Assembly (NCBI RefSeq): GCF_009914755.1
Contig: NC_060925.1
DNA from: the human T2T-CHM13v2.0 reference genome, Homo sapiens
DNA: 64,000 nt
Direction: 5' to 3' (one strand)
Positions 40,725 through 54,135 of the stretch are shown here, one piece after another. Made by a program: the position numbers and the translations under genes. Every line of letters begins with the position of its first letter. The first letter of the stretch is position 1. The notes under the pieces were generated by a model. It saw only the letters and a program-made list of their open reading frames with translations, was not told the origin of the DNA and ran no database searches.

Positions 40725-40850
40725 AACAAACAAACAAGCAACAACACGCTTATCCGATGAACAATAGCTATGCTAAATTTAGCTCCTCTTGGCCATCCGG
40801 GCTGGAGCCCATGAGAGGCCAGACATCTCTCTGGATGCTTATTTGCTAAA
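40725..40850. promoter_or_regulatory. Candidate enhancer motif cluster (FOX/GATA/SOX/MEF2)
   Basis: AACAAACA, CTTATC, GAACAATAG, palindromic GCTAAATTTAGC and TATTTGC in non-repeat DNA; motif matches only. Confidence 0.3.
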
Positions 40851-41596
40851 GCACTGCAGCTGGCCCTCAGAGGGTACTTGGCCAAGCCCAATGAGCTGCT
40901 CCGGAGGGGTGTTGCAATCCTGATGGGGAAAGGATGGAGGACCTGGACTTTTCCAATTTCAGTAGAGCCACGGCATCACACACAGCACTGACGTGTGTTT
41001 GCGTCACCAGCACAAACACCACCATTTCATTTATTTCATTTGTTACCCTGGGCAGAGGAACAATGCATTCTTAAGTCTGACTGTTTTAAATGGCAAACAC
41101 GTTCTTGAAGCTGTCACTTCTATGTACACCCAGATAGCTGAGGACTGTGGTTTCATTTGTACTGGGATTGTGATGACTTTCATGTTGCATGAAAACTTTG
41201 GCTATAATATCACAGATTCTCTTGGAATTTCAAATTAATAGTTTCCTCTATCTTTCTTTCTGGCACAAAATGGCTGAACTGCATGTTCTCCAGTCAAAAA
41301 GAAAGATTACGTAAGCCAAAAACCTCCCCTCATTTTCCGTAAGTCATGCTTTTGTTTTAATATAGCATTGATCATATGCTTTAGTGGACAAGGGCACACA
41401 GAGGTGATGCTTTGCCTCTAGTCTTCTGCAAAATTGCAATTTTAAATCATTCTTGTTTTTCTGTTATCACCCCAAAAGTTTTTTAAGAGGCTGGTTTACG
41501 TGGCATCATTTTCTCTGCATTATTGCTGTCAACTTACCAAGCTCTCTGAGTCTGGGGACCTGAAATCTAAAGAGGAAACTAAAGAGTTTGAGCTGA

Positions 41597-42175
<579 letters not shown>

Positions 42176-43079
42176 TTAGATTGAGTTGTGTATCAGACTA
42201 GAGGATGTCTACGGAGATTTGGGGCAAAGGCCTTGACTGTCTATTTGCTATCCTTTGTCTCAGAGCCTTAGCTTGATGAAATTTAGTCTTGTAGACAGGC
42301 TGTATGGTCCAGTGTTCAGAGCATAGACTTTGAATCCAAGAGGCCTGGACCTAGGCTGAAAGATACCAGTGACAAAACTCACAGATCTCAGCCATTTTCT
42401 TATACACAAACTATATCAGCAGATAAAAGGAAACAAGGCCTGGGAAGACAGAGGGAACATGTGGTGAGGTCAGCTCCCTGGTACTTGGGACCTCCTGTGC
42501 CCACGCGACACCTCTGTGTGCCTAGACAGGGGAGCCCACACTGTCCATAGGCTCCAGGCATGTGCAGCCCCCATGGGGAAGACACCATTGCAGTAGGACA
42601 GCACCTGGATTTTGGTGCCACTTTCTGCTTCCACCAGGAGGTCACACCAGGGGGCCTTGCTCAGTTCCTCTTTCTGCTCCTCGTGGGTTGTGCCCAGGAA
42701 GGGGGATGATGACAACAGCCAGGCCCAAATATCCCCAAATTAAGGGGTAACTGGGCTTCAGCAGCATCTACTCCATCCCCCAAGATCCCCACTGCTGCTT
42801 CTAGGACCTGCTTATCAGCATCCACAAGCTCAGTCACTAAGTAAGGCTGTCACTCTGCTACTTGGAAAACCACATCTCTTGGGCCTTTTGTCCAAATCTG
42901 GGATCTCAAAATTCTTTCTGGGCCATAGCTGCACCGGGTCACTATTCTACACCTATGTCACAGGCTGTGAAATCTTCTATATTGGAGCCAGCTTTGTAGG
43001 ATTTCAGAATGTTCCACTTCTGTTGGCTCAGGGGCTTTGCAGGGGCATGGGAGGGAGTTAGAGAGGTACCACCAAGTCC

Positions 43080-43920
43080 ATTTCCTGAGTTTAAATACCC
43101 ACCCCACCGAACTGGGGTTGTGACCTTCAGCAAGATTGTGTTCTATTTTAGTTTGTTTTAAACTTCTTCAAGTCTTCATTGTCTCATCTGTAAAGTGAGG
43201 ATCACAATGGGATCCCACTTCTAAGGTAGGTATGAAAATTAAATGCAGTCCTGAATGCCACGTGCTTAGCTCAAGTCCCAGCTAAATGGAGGCTACAGAG
43301 GACATTGGGTGAAACCACACCTTTCTTATCTTGTTGATGGTCCCAACAACCTTGGGTGGGGCAGCCTCTTTTGTCTCCCTCATTGGGCAGTTACAGAAAG
43401 CTACACCTGAGAGGTCACACATCTAGGAAGTAGAAGAACCTGAACTAGAACCCAGGACTCTGGATCTTCCCAGGCTCTGGCCTCCACTGAAGGTGTGAAA
43501 GTCAATAGCAATTAGGTGGCTGCCCCATTCATTGACATCAGGGCACTGGAAGGTCTGACTCTCCTCCTCTTCCTTCACCAGACAAAAGAGTCTCCTCTCT
43601 CTCTCTCCTACTGGCCCTGAATAGCTCATATTGTCTCTTTTGGATTAAGACACTGGAGACAAATCTTAAATGCACATTTCATTTGGAAGCCAGAAACAGA
43701 CATATAATAACAATAGTTGTTAATGAAAGGACTTAGCATTCATTTCTTCACTATTTCTGGCACACCTACTGTGAGCCAGCCACGGTGCTGTTCCCTACCC
43801 ATGTTTTGGCTTACTGACTCCTTCCTGTCCTTGGTGGGTAATGCACATTGCCATCCTTCCCATTTCACAGATGAGGAGAGAGAGGCTCAAAGAGGTACTT
43901 GAGCAAGACCATAGTCAGGA
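43080..43920. mobile_element. Cluster of MIR fragments
   Basis: CTCATCTGTAAAGTGAGG (minus) and CCCATTTCACAGATGAGGAGAGAGAGGCTC (plus) cores. Confidence 0.65.
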
Positions 43921-46319
43921 GGAGATATGCTGTATTGAAGAGGACTCAACTGGCCTCTGAAAGAAACTTTGAATTGCTGACGTGTGTCAGAAAATAAAAG
44001 AAGTTGATTTTCATAATATCTGTCTCTTAAAAAAATTCCAACTTTCTGAGAGCAGAGTATGATGTTTGCTTTCTACTATCCTTTTCCTCGTACCCCACCC
44101 CCAAAGTGTGCCAAACCTCCTTACTTGCAGAAGACAATTTTGGATTCTTACAAAAAGCAGCTTCACAGAAGCCATGGGAGATTTTTGCACAAAGCATTTG
44201 CCTAATTGGACCCTGTTCTATTTTCTGACCTGTTGCTCCTTGAAGTATCATCTTAAAGATGCTCTCCAGAAAGTGTCCTGAGCCTACATTTTCCCTTGGC
44301 TGAAAGACTCAGGTTCTCTCTGAAGATATGTTATACTGCTATACTTAACATTTATTTTAAATAGTGGAGAAAGAAAGAAATCTGAAGACTGTAAACTGTC
44401 TAAATAAGAGGAGAATTACACAGATAAGCAGATAATACATCGGTTCCTAAATACCGGTTGCGAAAGATTATAATGAACAGAAAACATTTAATCCACCACA
44501 TGAAGCAAGAGGGTGACCCCAGAGAGGTTGTCTGAGGTTTCCTTGGGGGGAAGCCCAGCCAGTGTTAAAAATGATGTCTATGAGAATGACAGACCTTCCA
44601 GCAAATGTGCTCACCACTTCTTAAGGTGAAAGAGAAAGAAAAACACTGAAAAAAATTACATATGTATTTGAACAACAAATATATATGGAATATCCACTCT
44701 GTACCAGCTAGGACTCAGGCAGTAAACAAAACAGACAAAGTCCCTGGCCTTATATTTGGGTGGGGGGATAAGGGAAAGAAAGACTAGAGAATAAAGCATA
44801 CTATTGCAGGAGATGGCTTTGCTAAGAATGAAAATGAGCTATCAGCCCATAGACTTGTGTCTAATGCAACCATCTGACAAAGGAGGCACAAAGCTAACTT
44901 GAACTTTGACCTGTTGCTAGTCCACATTTTCCCCAGCCCCTGCTGTCTCAGAAAGCTCTGTTTCCCAGAATCAGTGTCCTTTGGCAATTCACCATCATTA
45001 CAAACTCTTCTATATCAGAGCTGCCCAGTGTAGAATCCCGGCCCTTGTCCTTGATCTCTCAAAACGAATACAACAAAAACCAGCCACAGAAATGAATAAG
45101 TGAAACAAAACGTAAGAACAGGTCATACAAGGATACGTTTGTATGCATCAGTCTTCTCTGATGATTTCGAATGAAAATGAAGATTAAGTGAGAGCAGCAC
45201 GTGACCACGAACCCCAAATGGGACATCAGACAGTTAAAAGCCCTTCAATCACATCTCCCATGGGCCACCCACCACATCACTCAAGAAACGTCCCTCCTTG
45301 CCCCTCCACCATGCCACTACACACACACATACTGTGTTTCTCTGTTTTCAGTTTTGTTCGCCATTATTCCTTCTCTTGGGCTCTCTCCAGAAACCCAGCA
45401 TCTTTCTCTTTTCTTTGAGAGCAAATTCGACCTCTCTCCTGTCAGAGCCACCTGCATATACCTGAAGAATCAGGCTCTCTGATGACTAGCAGGTTTCTAG
45501 TCGGGCCCTACCCTTTTCTGCAGGCGGAAGGTAAATTTTCCTTTATCTTTTCTCCACCAGTCTCTGGGAGGTGGAGGAGGAGGGAAGAAGAGCAGAGTGA
45601 TCTATTGTAACATCGACATATAAATAATGCCACTTCATTTAGAACATAAACGTGGCGATGGTCGGTTTTGGTTTAACGTAGCTCTTCAAAATAGCTCCTC
45701 TCTTCCTTCACATGAGTATCTGGGTGAAGGTAGGTGAGCAGGAAACAGTCAAGACTATGTTAAGAATTTGCATATGGCTAACAATACCGTACTGTGTATT
45801 TGTTAAGATGACCGATCTCATGTTAAGTGTTCTTACCACAATAAAAACATCCAAACAAATAAATAATAAAAGAATTTGCCTGCTCTATGAAACAGTTTGC
45901 AAGCTGTTGCTAGGGGCAGCCTTATTTATCTGTATGTAAATTTAAGATGGGGGTCTGCACTGGAACCAGAGGGGAAAGGAGTGTCTAATCTCACTCTGCA
46001 GAGAATGGGGAAAACATGTAATTATGCGTGTTTCAGACTAGATGGGATACAGAGCCCTAATGTCCGCATCTTACAGAGGGCCAGCGTAGTTTACCCATCA
46101 TCACAAACCACAGAGCTACCCTGGGGGAGCCAAGGAAAACCAGGATTTCTGACCCTGGACTCAGTCCAAGAGAGACATGCAGAGTTGAGCGTCCCAATTT
46201 TGCACACTCAATCTATCTTCATAGATAAAGTAATAGAAACAACAATTAAACAGAGAAAAATTATCATTAAACATCACCCGCCATGTGGCTTCTGTTAAAA
46301 CAAACAAACAAACAAAAAA

Positions 46320-47130
46320 CTCTTGAGATATACCCTCTTTTCAGTTCCTTGAAAACTTTTGGATACTCTCTGCCTTGGGACACCTGTGTTTCCTGTTCCC
46401 TCCACTTGGATCATTTTTGCTCTGAGTCCTTGAGTGCAAGGCTGCTCCTTCTCATTGAGATATTGCTCAAATGCCACCTTTCAGAGAAGCCACCTCTGGC
46501 TACTTTCTCTACAGAAGAAGTAACCTGCCTGCCTGGCTCATACGAACTCTCTAACCCACTATTATGTTCACTTAATTTATTACACATTTCCCTGTTTGGA
46601 ATCATCTTCTTCATTGGTTCATTTGTTCAGTAATTTATTCATTTGAGTGATGTTTTCCAAGCTCTATGCTAGGTTCTAGGGAAACAGCAGGGAGCAAAAC
46701 CCTCTGGCCTCAAGGAGCTGAGGTTCTATTGGGACACGATAGACAATGCATCCTACGGACTACATAGAGGGTGATAAGTGCTTGGGGGAAATGAAAGCTG
46801 GGGGAGGTAGGGAGTGCTGGTGTGGAGTGGTTAAGGAAGGTGGTTTTGGGGATCTTGGGGGAGGAAGAACATTCCAGGCAGAGAGAACAGCAAGTACAAA
46901 GGCCCTGAGGCAGGGGCATGTGGGGTGAGGAGGTGAGAATTGATGGTGAACAGGAAAGCTAGAGTAGTTGGTCAGGGTGAGCAGGTGGGTAGGGGGTGTT
47001 GACAGAGAAAGCGTGTGCAGATTGTGTAGGGCCTTGTTAATCAGTGCAGACTGATGCTTTTATTCGGAGCGAGTTGAGGCAATTGTAGTATTCTGAGCAG
47101 AAGAGAGGCATGATCCAGCTTGTATTTTAG
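46320..47130. mobile_element. Tail-to-tail L2 fragments
   Basis: Plus-strand TTGCTCAAATGCCACCTTTCAGAGAAGCC, then minus-strand AACATTCCAGGCAGAGAGAACAGCAAGTACAAAGGCCCTGAGGCAGG. Confidence 0.75.
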
Positions 47131-47409
<279 letters not shown>

Positions 47410-47519
47410 AGGAAAACATGTAGGAGGCTCTGGCTTTTCCCCAGGCAGGAGAGGGCACAGGCAGGCATCAGGTTGGTAGTGTGTGTACACACACACATAC
47501 ATACTTACACAAAAGAGTG

Positions 47520-49280
47520 AATTTGTGTCCATGTATTCTGCTTGAGTACTGCTCCTCTGACTTGACAATATGTCAGCTGCATCTTTCCATATCAATAAAT
47601 GGGGAGCTATATCATAATTTTAGTGTGCTCGTATTATTCCCTTGCATGGATGTACCATAATTTAGCTGGTCCTGAATTAAACACTTCGGCAGTTTCACAT
47701 TTTTCACCGTGATAAAAAAAATCCTGCAGTGAACATTTTTGAACATATATCCCTGAGGACTTGCTTGTCCAAGTACATCTTTGAGATAGATTCCTAGAAA
47801 TAGAATTGTTAGGTCACAGTCTATAAGGGGCTGAAGGATTTTGATGCATAATGCCAAATTGCCTGGGAGAAAATGTGTACCAAGCACATCCCCACCAGCT
47901 GTGTTCCTGTTTCCTTATCTCATTTTAAGTATCATCACTGTTTTTATTCATTGCTAAGTTGATAGATTAAAAAATATGGTATTTCTTCCATTTGACCCAG
48001 CAATCTCATTGCTGGGTATATACCCAAAGGAATAGAAATCATTTTATTATAAAGATACATGCATGCATATGTTCATGGCAGCACTATTCACAATAGCAAA
48101 GATATGGAATCAACCCAAATGCCCATCAATGATAGACTGAATTTTAAAAATGTGGTACATATGCACCATGGAGTATTAATGTAGCCATAAAAAGGAACAG
48201 GATCATATTCTTTGCAGGGGCATGGATAAAGCTGGAAGCCATTATCCTAAGCAAAGTAATGCAGGAACCAAACACCACATGTTCTTACTTATAAGTGAGA
48301 GCTGAACAATGAGAACATATGGACACAGGGAGGGGAACAACATACACTGGGTCCTGTTGGGGGAGATGTTGGGGATGGGAGGAGCATCAGGAAAAATAGC
48401 TAATGCATGCCGGGCTTAATACCTGGGTGATAGGTTGATGGGTGCAGCGGACCACCATGGCACACATTTACCTATGTGGCAAACCTGCACATCCTGAGCA
48501 TGTACCCCAGAACTTAATTAAAAAATATATAGTATTTTTTGTTGTTATTTATTGCCATTTCATAGCTTTACCCATATTTTATTTGGGCTATTAGCCTTTT
48601 ATTAGTATTTAAGAACACTTTATTAAAAACATATTACCATAAATGTTGCAAAATTGTAAGGATTTTTTCATATAATCTTTTTATTTTTTGTTTTGGGAAG
48701 CTATGAAATATTATATGCATATAAAAATATATAACACACTTATGAAAGATACAAAAAATAAACACCGTGTACTCCTGACCCAGCTCAAAGAATGGAACAT
48801 TTCCAACACCCCGATTGCATTCTCTTTTCCCCCCAGCCAAACTAATTACTCGATGGTGATGATTCCCTTACTGTTCTTTATAGTTTTGCCTAAACTGTAA
48901 ATCTTCATAAACAGCCTAGTTTTAGTTGTGCAATGTTTCGAGCTTTATGAAAATAAAATCGCACTTTATGTATTTGTCCATGACCTGCTTTTTTTTCAAA
49001 CAATATTATGTGTGTGAGCTTCCTTCAGATGGAAGCCTAGCTGTGGGTCATCTCTCCCAGTGCAGCTTTGTAAAAATGTCTCTAGAAGTGTGATTTCTGA
49101 GTCTCCAGAAATGCATATCTTAAAATAACCCAGCTCATGCCGAATTATTTTCCAAAGTGGTTTTTACCAGTCTATAGTTTGTTCGGTACTATATGAAGCT
49201 TCCAATTTTGTTCACATCCTTGCCAAGGCACGTTATTGTCTGACTTTTAATTACTTTCCTAATCTAGTGTATATGAACAC
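47520..49280 (-). mobile_element. Old L1ME fragments, interrupted by L1PA
   Basis: AGATAGATTCCTAGAAATAGAATTG and TTTTCCAAAGTGG antisense L1M motifs. Confidence 0.65.
47988..48520 (+). mobile_element. L1PA (PA10-13-like) 3' end
   Basis: CCATTTGACCCAGCAATC...GAGCATCAGGAAAAATAGCTAATGCATGC...GTACCCCAGAACTTAA; degenerate TSD AAAAAATAT..GTATTT. Confidence 0.9.
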
Positions 49281-49663
49281 TAGATTGTATGGGAGTAGAT
49301 AAGGAACATTTCTTATTATAAAAAAAGGCAAGGTCTTAGAAGAAGTGGTTACATTTTTAAAAATACGGATTTTTAAAATATTTGTTTTACTCTTCCTAGA
49401 ATACTAGGAAGGCAAACTAACTTTCTTTCATTAGGCTAGAAGTGAATAGAACTTCAGTTAAAAATCAAGGTAATTTTAAGGTCAGAAAAACAAGCTATCT
49501 GGGGGACAATGTGCCAGAAGAGATGGTTACACTATTAAAAAACCAAATGCTCTCCTCTTTGGGCTTGTGGATAAGATCGGTGTTAGAATGCGCTATCAAA
49601 ACAAGTAAAAAGGATTCCTGAACTAATTTCTTCTGAATCAACATTTAAAAACATTCAATTTGC

Positions 49664-49761
49664 TCTCAATGTTCAATTCCCATTTATAAGTAAGAACATG
49701 AGGTGTTCGGTTTTCTGTTCCTGCATTAGTTTGCTGAGGATGATGGCTTCCAGCTTCATCC
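49664..49761 (-). mobile_element. Isolated internal L1PA fragment (ORF2 end), no tail or TSD
   Basis: Reverse complement GGATGAAGCTGGAAGCCATCATCCTCAGCAAACTAATGCAGGAACAGAAAACC...GGGAATTGAACATTGAG. Confidence 0.85.
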
Positions 49762-50881
49762 TTTGGTGCAGAAAGGAAATGGGTAGACCAATAGGTAAAG
49801 AAATGTGTTTTCTCACATTTTAGGAAGTGCTTCGTGATCGATACGCATCAAATGAGACCATTCAAGGTGTGCACATAGTCTAGATTGAGTATAGATTCTT
49901 TATATGTAGATTTCTTTGATAATGTCATTTTACTTTACACTTATGACAGGTTCATGAAAGTGAGAAACGTTCTAAGCACTGCAGAATAACTGCTCATCCT
50001 TTCCTTTTTGCTTTTTTTTTTGGGTGTGTGGCAATAATCTTCATGTACGCTGGCAGGCCAAACATCTGGCTCATGTGTGTGGGAAGCCAGTTGCTCTTGT
50101 ACTACACATTTCAGCTGAGAAGTACTGAGCCTGCTGACAAAATGCATAACCTAATTAGGCGTGAACTCTAACGCAATCGGTGCTTGTTTTTGCAGGTGTA
50201 AAACGCCACTCTCAATCTATTGTGTTTTCTTCCCAGGTCTAAAAGCATCACAAATTAGTAGGTTTGGAAAGCCAGGGATTTCACAGGCAAAAGTTGATTG
50301 CATAGATGCTCCCGGGTTCATTAACACCGAACATAAGCCTTTCTGAGAGCAACCGTGGGCTTTGTGTTTGAAACAATATGGTGGTGTAGTCATAATAACA
50401 CGGGAATTCCAGACAGGAGACATGGATTCTAAACTCCTATAAATGAGTTCTGTGACTTTAAACACGGCCCTTCCTGTCCAGGCTGGCATTTTCTCACTTG
50501 CAGAGTGAGGGAGTTGGACATTTTCACTAAACATATATTTGTTAGCATTTGCTGTGTACCAGGAGCCAAAGTAAAAATTATAAAGCATGGTGTCTGTTCC
50601 TTAGGATGTCCACAATTTGGAGAGGGGTGACAAAGAAGAATCGGACAGCTCCAATATGGTGAGACTAGCAGAGGGTGTGGATGCCACAGAGCAAAGCTGC
50701 TCCTAGCCCAGTTCAGAAGCTGGGAAATGCTTCTCATGGAGGTGGAACTGCTACAGGGCCATGGAGGATGAAGAGGGACTAGTTAGGAAGACTGGGAAGG
50801 GGAGAATGTTGTATGACAGAAGTATGTGCAAAGGCACAGCAGTGTGAGAATACAGTGCTACCTGTGTCATATCTGAGGTCC

Positions 50882-51425
50882 TGTGGTACTTTTAAAACAT
50901 GTTCCCAAATTCTTTGACACTCTTCCCATGGACAGGTGGGAGTCATGTCCCCTCCCCTGAATCAAGGCAGTGTTGTAAAGAGGGTGAAACTGATGCTATG
51001 TGAGACTAGGTCATGAAAGGTTCAGCAGCTTCTACGTTGTTCATGGGGACATTCACACTTAGAGGCCAAGCAGCCATGTTAGAAATCCAGCTATCCCTAG
51101 TCCGCCATACTGGGAGGAAGCCCAAGCCAGTCACATGGAAAGGCCATGCGTAGGTGCTCTGTTTGGAAATCTCAGCTAAGCCCCCAGCCTTTGTATTGAT
51201 TTTGCTCAGGCACCAGATATATGAGTAAAGAGACTCTCCATTATTTCAATGGCAAATGATTTACATCCTGCCTGCTAAAGCCCCTGACATAATGAAGCAG
51301 AGACAAACCATCCCCACTCTGCTGTTTCTAAATTCCTGACCGACAGGATCCATGAGCACCATGCAGCAGTTGTTGTTCTACACCATTAAACTTTGAGGTG
51401 GTTTGCTACACAGCAATGAAGGATG
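50882..51425 (+). mobile_element. MLT1F/G-like MaLR LTR
   Basis: TGTGGTACTTTTAAAACATGTTCCCAAATTCTTTGACACTC...GGTGGTTTGCTACACAGCAAT. Confidence 0.8.
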
Positions 51426-51559
51426 GGAATGGGTCTGTTTCAGCTCTAAAAGTTGATTATTCGGTAAAACTCCAAAACTAATTCCTGTTCTTCAAAAAGA
51501 AAGCTCTGATTATGTGAACTTTTGAATTAAAGAAAAACAGTTGCAGAAGGATCAAGACA

Positions 51560-52050
51560 GAGATTGAATTATTCAGAGAAATTATCGTCAACAAACCCAA
51601 ACTGGTTGAAATTGCAAAATGAATTTATCGACCCACAAAATCAGGAAGTTCCAGGTGTGAATCTAGTACTACAAGATTCAAGCATTCAAGAGATGATTAG
51701 AAACCAGTCCTCTCCAATTCTGCATTCTGCTTTGCTCCGTGCTGTCTTCATTGTCAGGCAGGCACTCCCCAAGGGGAAGCCAGATGGCCAGACCAGCACC
51801 CACTGAGCCCCAGAAGAAAGGGAGTCTCTTTACGATCATTTCAGCACATGTCCCAGGCCTGTCTGCTGTTCCCTCACTTCCATATGTATGAATTCCATAC
51901 CTATGGCTGTGGCCATGGGAAAAGAGGTCCCTGATTGGCCAGGTGGGGCTGCATTTCTACCTGTTGAGCCAGAAACAGTGTCTATGAATCCTGAATGTTG
52001 AAAGAAATGAGGTTCTCAGTCTTGTATTATCAGAAACAGAAATGAATACT
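51560..52050 (-). mobile_element. Old MLT1 (J-like) LTR
   Basis: TCAACAAACCCAAACTGG, CTTCATTGTCAGGCAGGC and CTGATTGGCCAGG motifs. Confidence 0.5.
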
Positions 52051-52194
52051 AAGTGAAAAAAAAAACAGATACCCCTTAGGCAGAAACTTCTTCTTCTGCC
52101 CACAGCTGTCCGTTTGGCATAACCTGATACTACTCGGGCTTCCTAGAACTATCCCTTTTACAGGTTTAATTAACCCCAAAGCAGCAAAAAAGCA

Positions 52195-53175
52195 GTTATG
52201 CCTTCAGTACAGGTTCATGAAAGATATTTTCTAGACTTACAGAGTTTGGAGATTCCTAATATTTAACCATCCCTTCCATTATTCTCTTTTGCTGTTAATA
52301 AATATTTCTGAATTTTACTGATTAGTTCCTTTATACACATGTTTATTCAGTAATAAAAATGGAAATAGCATGCCCAAATTACCTTCAAAATAAGCCAATT
52401 GTTAAAAAGCAGGAAGTATTTAGTTTCATGGATCTTATGCTAATCATTACGTTTTACTCAAATAATACAATATAAAGCCCCCAAGCTCTATAAATACACT
52501 CATTTTCCACATGTTCTTTTGCTTCAGAATCTTAATGTTGAATCTCACCATCAACTTCGGGATTCTAAGACACATATATATGAGATCCGGGATTTTTTTC
52601 TTGGGGTCAATCAATAAAATGGAGCAGAAAGAAACAGAATCAGCAAGACATTCAAAACTTGCTTTTTACATGATAGATAAAAGATGGAAAAGAAACAGAG
52701 ATCTAAGGAAGGAAAAAGACAACTAACATCACAGAAACAATATTATGAGAGTTAAAAAAAAAGTTGATGGTGAGATTCAACATTAAGACTTTGAAGCAAA
52801 AGAACATGTGGAAAATGAATATATTTATAGAGCTTGGGGGCTTTAGTTGTATTATTTGAGTAAAACATAATGATTAGCACAAGATCCATGAAACTAAATA
52901 TTTCCTGCTTTTTAACAATTGACTTAGTTTGAAGGTAATTTGGGCATGGTATTTCAACTTTTATTACTGAATAAACATGTCTATAAAGGAACTAATCAGT
53001 AAAATTCAGAAATATTTATTAATAGCAAAAAAGAAGAAACTAAGGGATGATTAAATATTAGAAATATTTATTAACAGCAAAAAAGAAAAAAAAAATCGAT
53101 GGTTAAATGTTAGGAATCTCCAAACTATAAGTCTAGGAAATATTTTTCATGAACCTGTACTAGAGGAGGCATAAC
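52195..53175. repeat. Long inverted repeat: arms 52195-52557 and 52761-53175, 203-bp spacer
   Basis: By manual alignment the reverse complement of the right arm matches the left arm end to end, with about 15 differences over the inner ~255 bp; right arm carries an extra 52-bp duplication. Confidence 0.97.
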
Positions 53176-53214
53176 CAAAACAACAACAACAAAAAACATG
53201 TTTCCCCTTCCAGA

Positions 53215-53228
53215 ATGCCCCCTAGTGA
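53215..53228 (-). promoter_or_regulatory. CTCF-like motif
   Basis: Minus strand TCACTAGGGGGCAT, 12/14 match to CCASYAGRKGGCRS with intact core; motif match only. Confidence 0.4.
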
Positions 53229-53830
53229 ACCCAAAATTACCAGCAGGAAAGAAAGGGCCTAACCCTGGAACTGAAACTATGTAATCTATGCTTGTGTGAT
53301 TCCTCAGCCTAATTCTGGGGTCTTCCTCATTCCAGGGTTCTCAGAATTCCATCCACGGAATGGGGAACATTGACATTGCCAATGACATTGAAGGATCATC
53401 TGTTTACCCACTGTGACCACCATCACTTCTCTTACATGAGGAAGAGGCTCTTGTTCTCTTTAAAGATGATAAGGTTGATTGAGATAGAAGTCACTCAGTC
53501 TTAGAAAGCTCTCAACCATTCCCCTCCCCGGCATAGCCTTGTCCTTGCACCATCTCCAGGAAGGCAATGTCTCTCCCTTTCTTGTTGGGTTATCTCTTCT
53601 TTGTTGTGTTGTTGGATCCACCATCATTTGGGAAGAGAAGAGGGATAGGGTCAAAAGTTGCTGTCATCTTGCTCAGACTCCTTATTAAGACATTCTGGGA
53701 GGGAGGAAAGAGAGACTTCTATGCCTTTCTGGAAGTTTCCTTCAGCTGCCATCTGGGATGTCTCAGAAGATCAAGTTGTCACTGGGGTAGGTCCAGAAAA
53801 ATCCAGGCACAGTGAAAAGTTCTCCCGGAC

Positions 53831-54135
53831 TTTTTTTTTTTTTTTTTTTTTTTTTGACACAGGGTCTCACTCTGTCACCAGGCTAAGTGCAGTGGCATGA
53901 TCATGGCTCACTGCAGCCTTGACCTCTTGGGCTCAAGCAATCCTCCTGCCTCAGCTTCCTGAGTAGCTGGGACTACAGATGCATGCAACCAAGCCCAGCT
54001 AATTTTTGTATTTTTTGTAGAGACGGGGTCTCACTATGTTGCCCAGGCTGGTCTTGAACTCCTGAGCTCAAGTGATCCACCTGCCTCGATCTCCCAAAGT
54101 GCTGGGATTACAGGTGTGAGCCACTGTGCCCGACC
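53831..54135 (-). mobile_element. AluJ SINE
   Basis: ATCATGGCTCACTGCAGCCTTGACCTC and CACTATGTTGCCCAGG; T25 tail. Confidence 0.93.

Noticed and set aside
50185-50270. Two plus-strand acceptor-like motifs (TTTTTGCAG/G, TTCTTCCCAG/G)
   Set aside because: No strong downstream donor or recognisable peptide.
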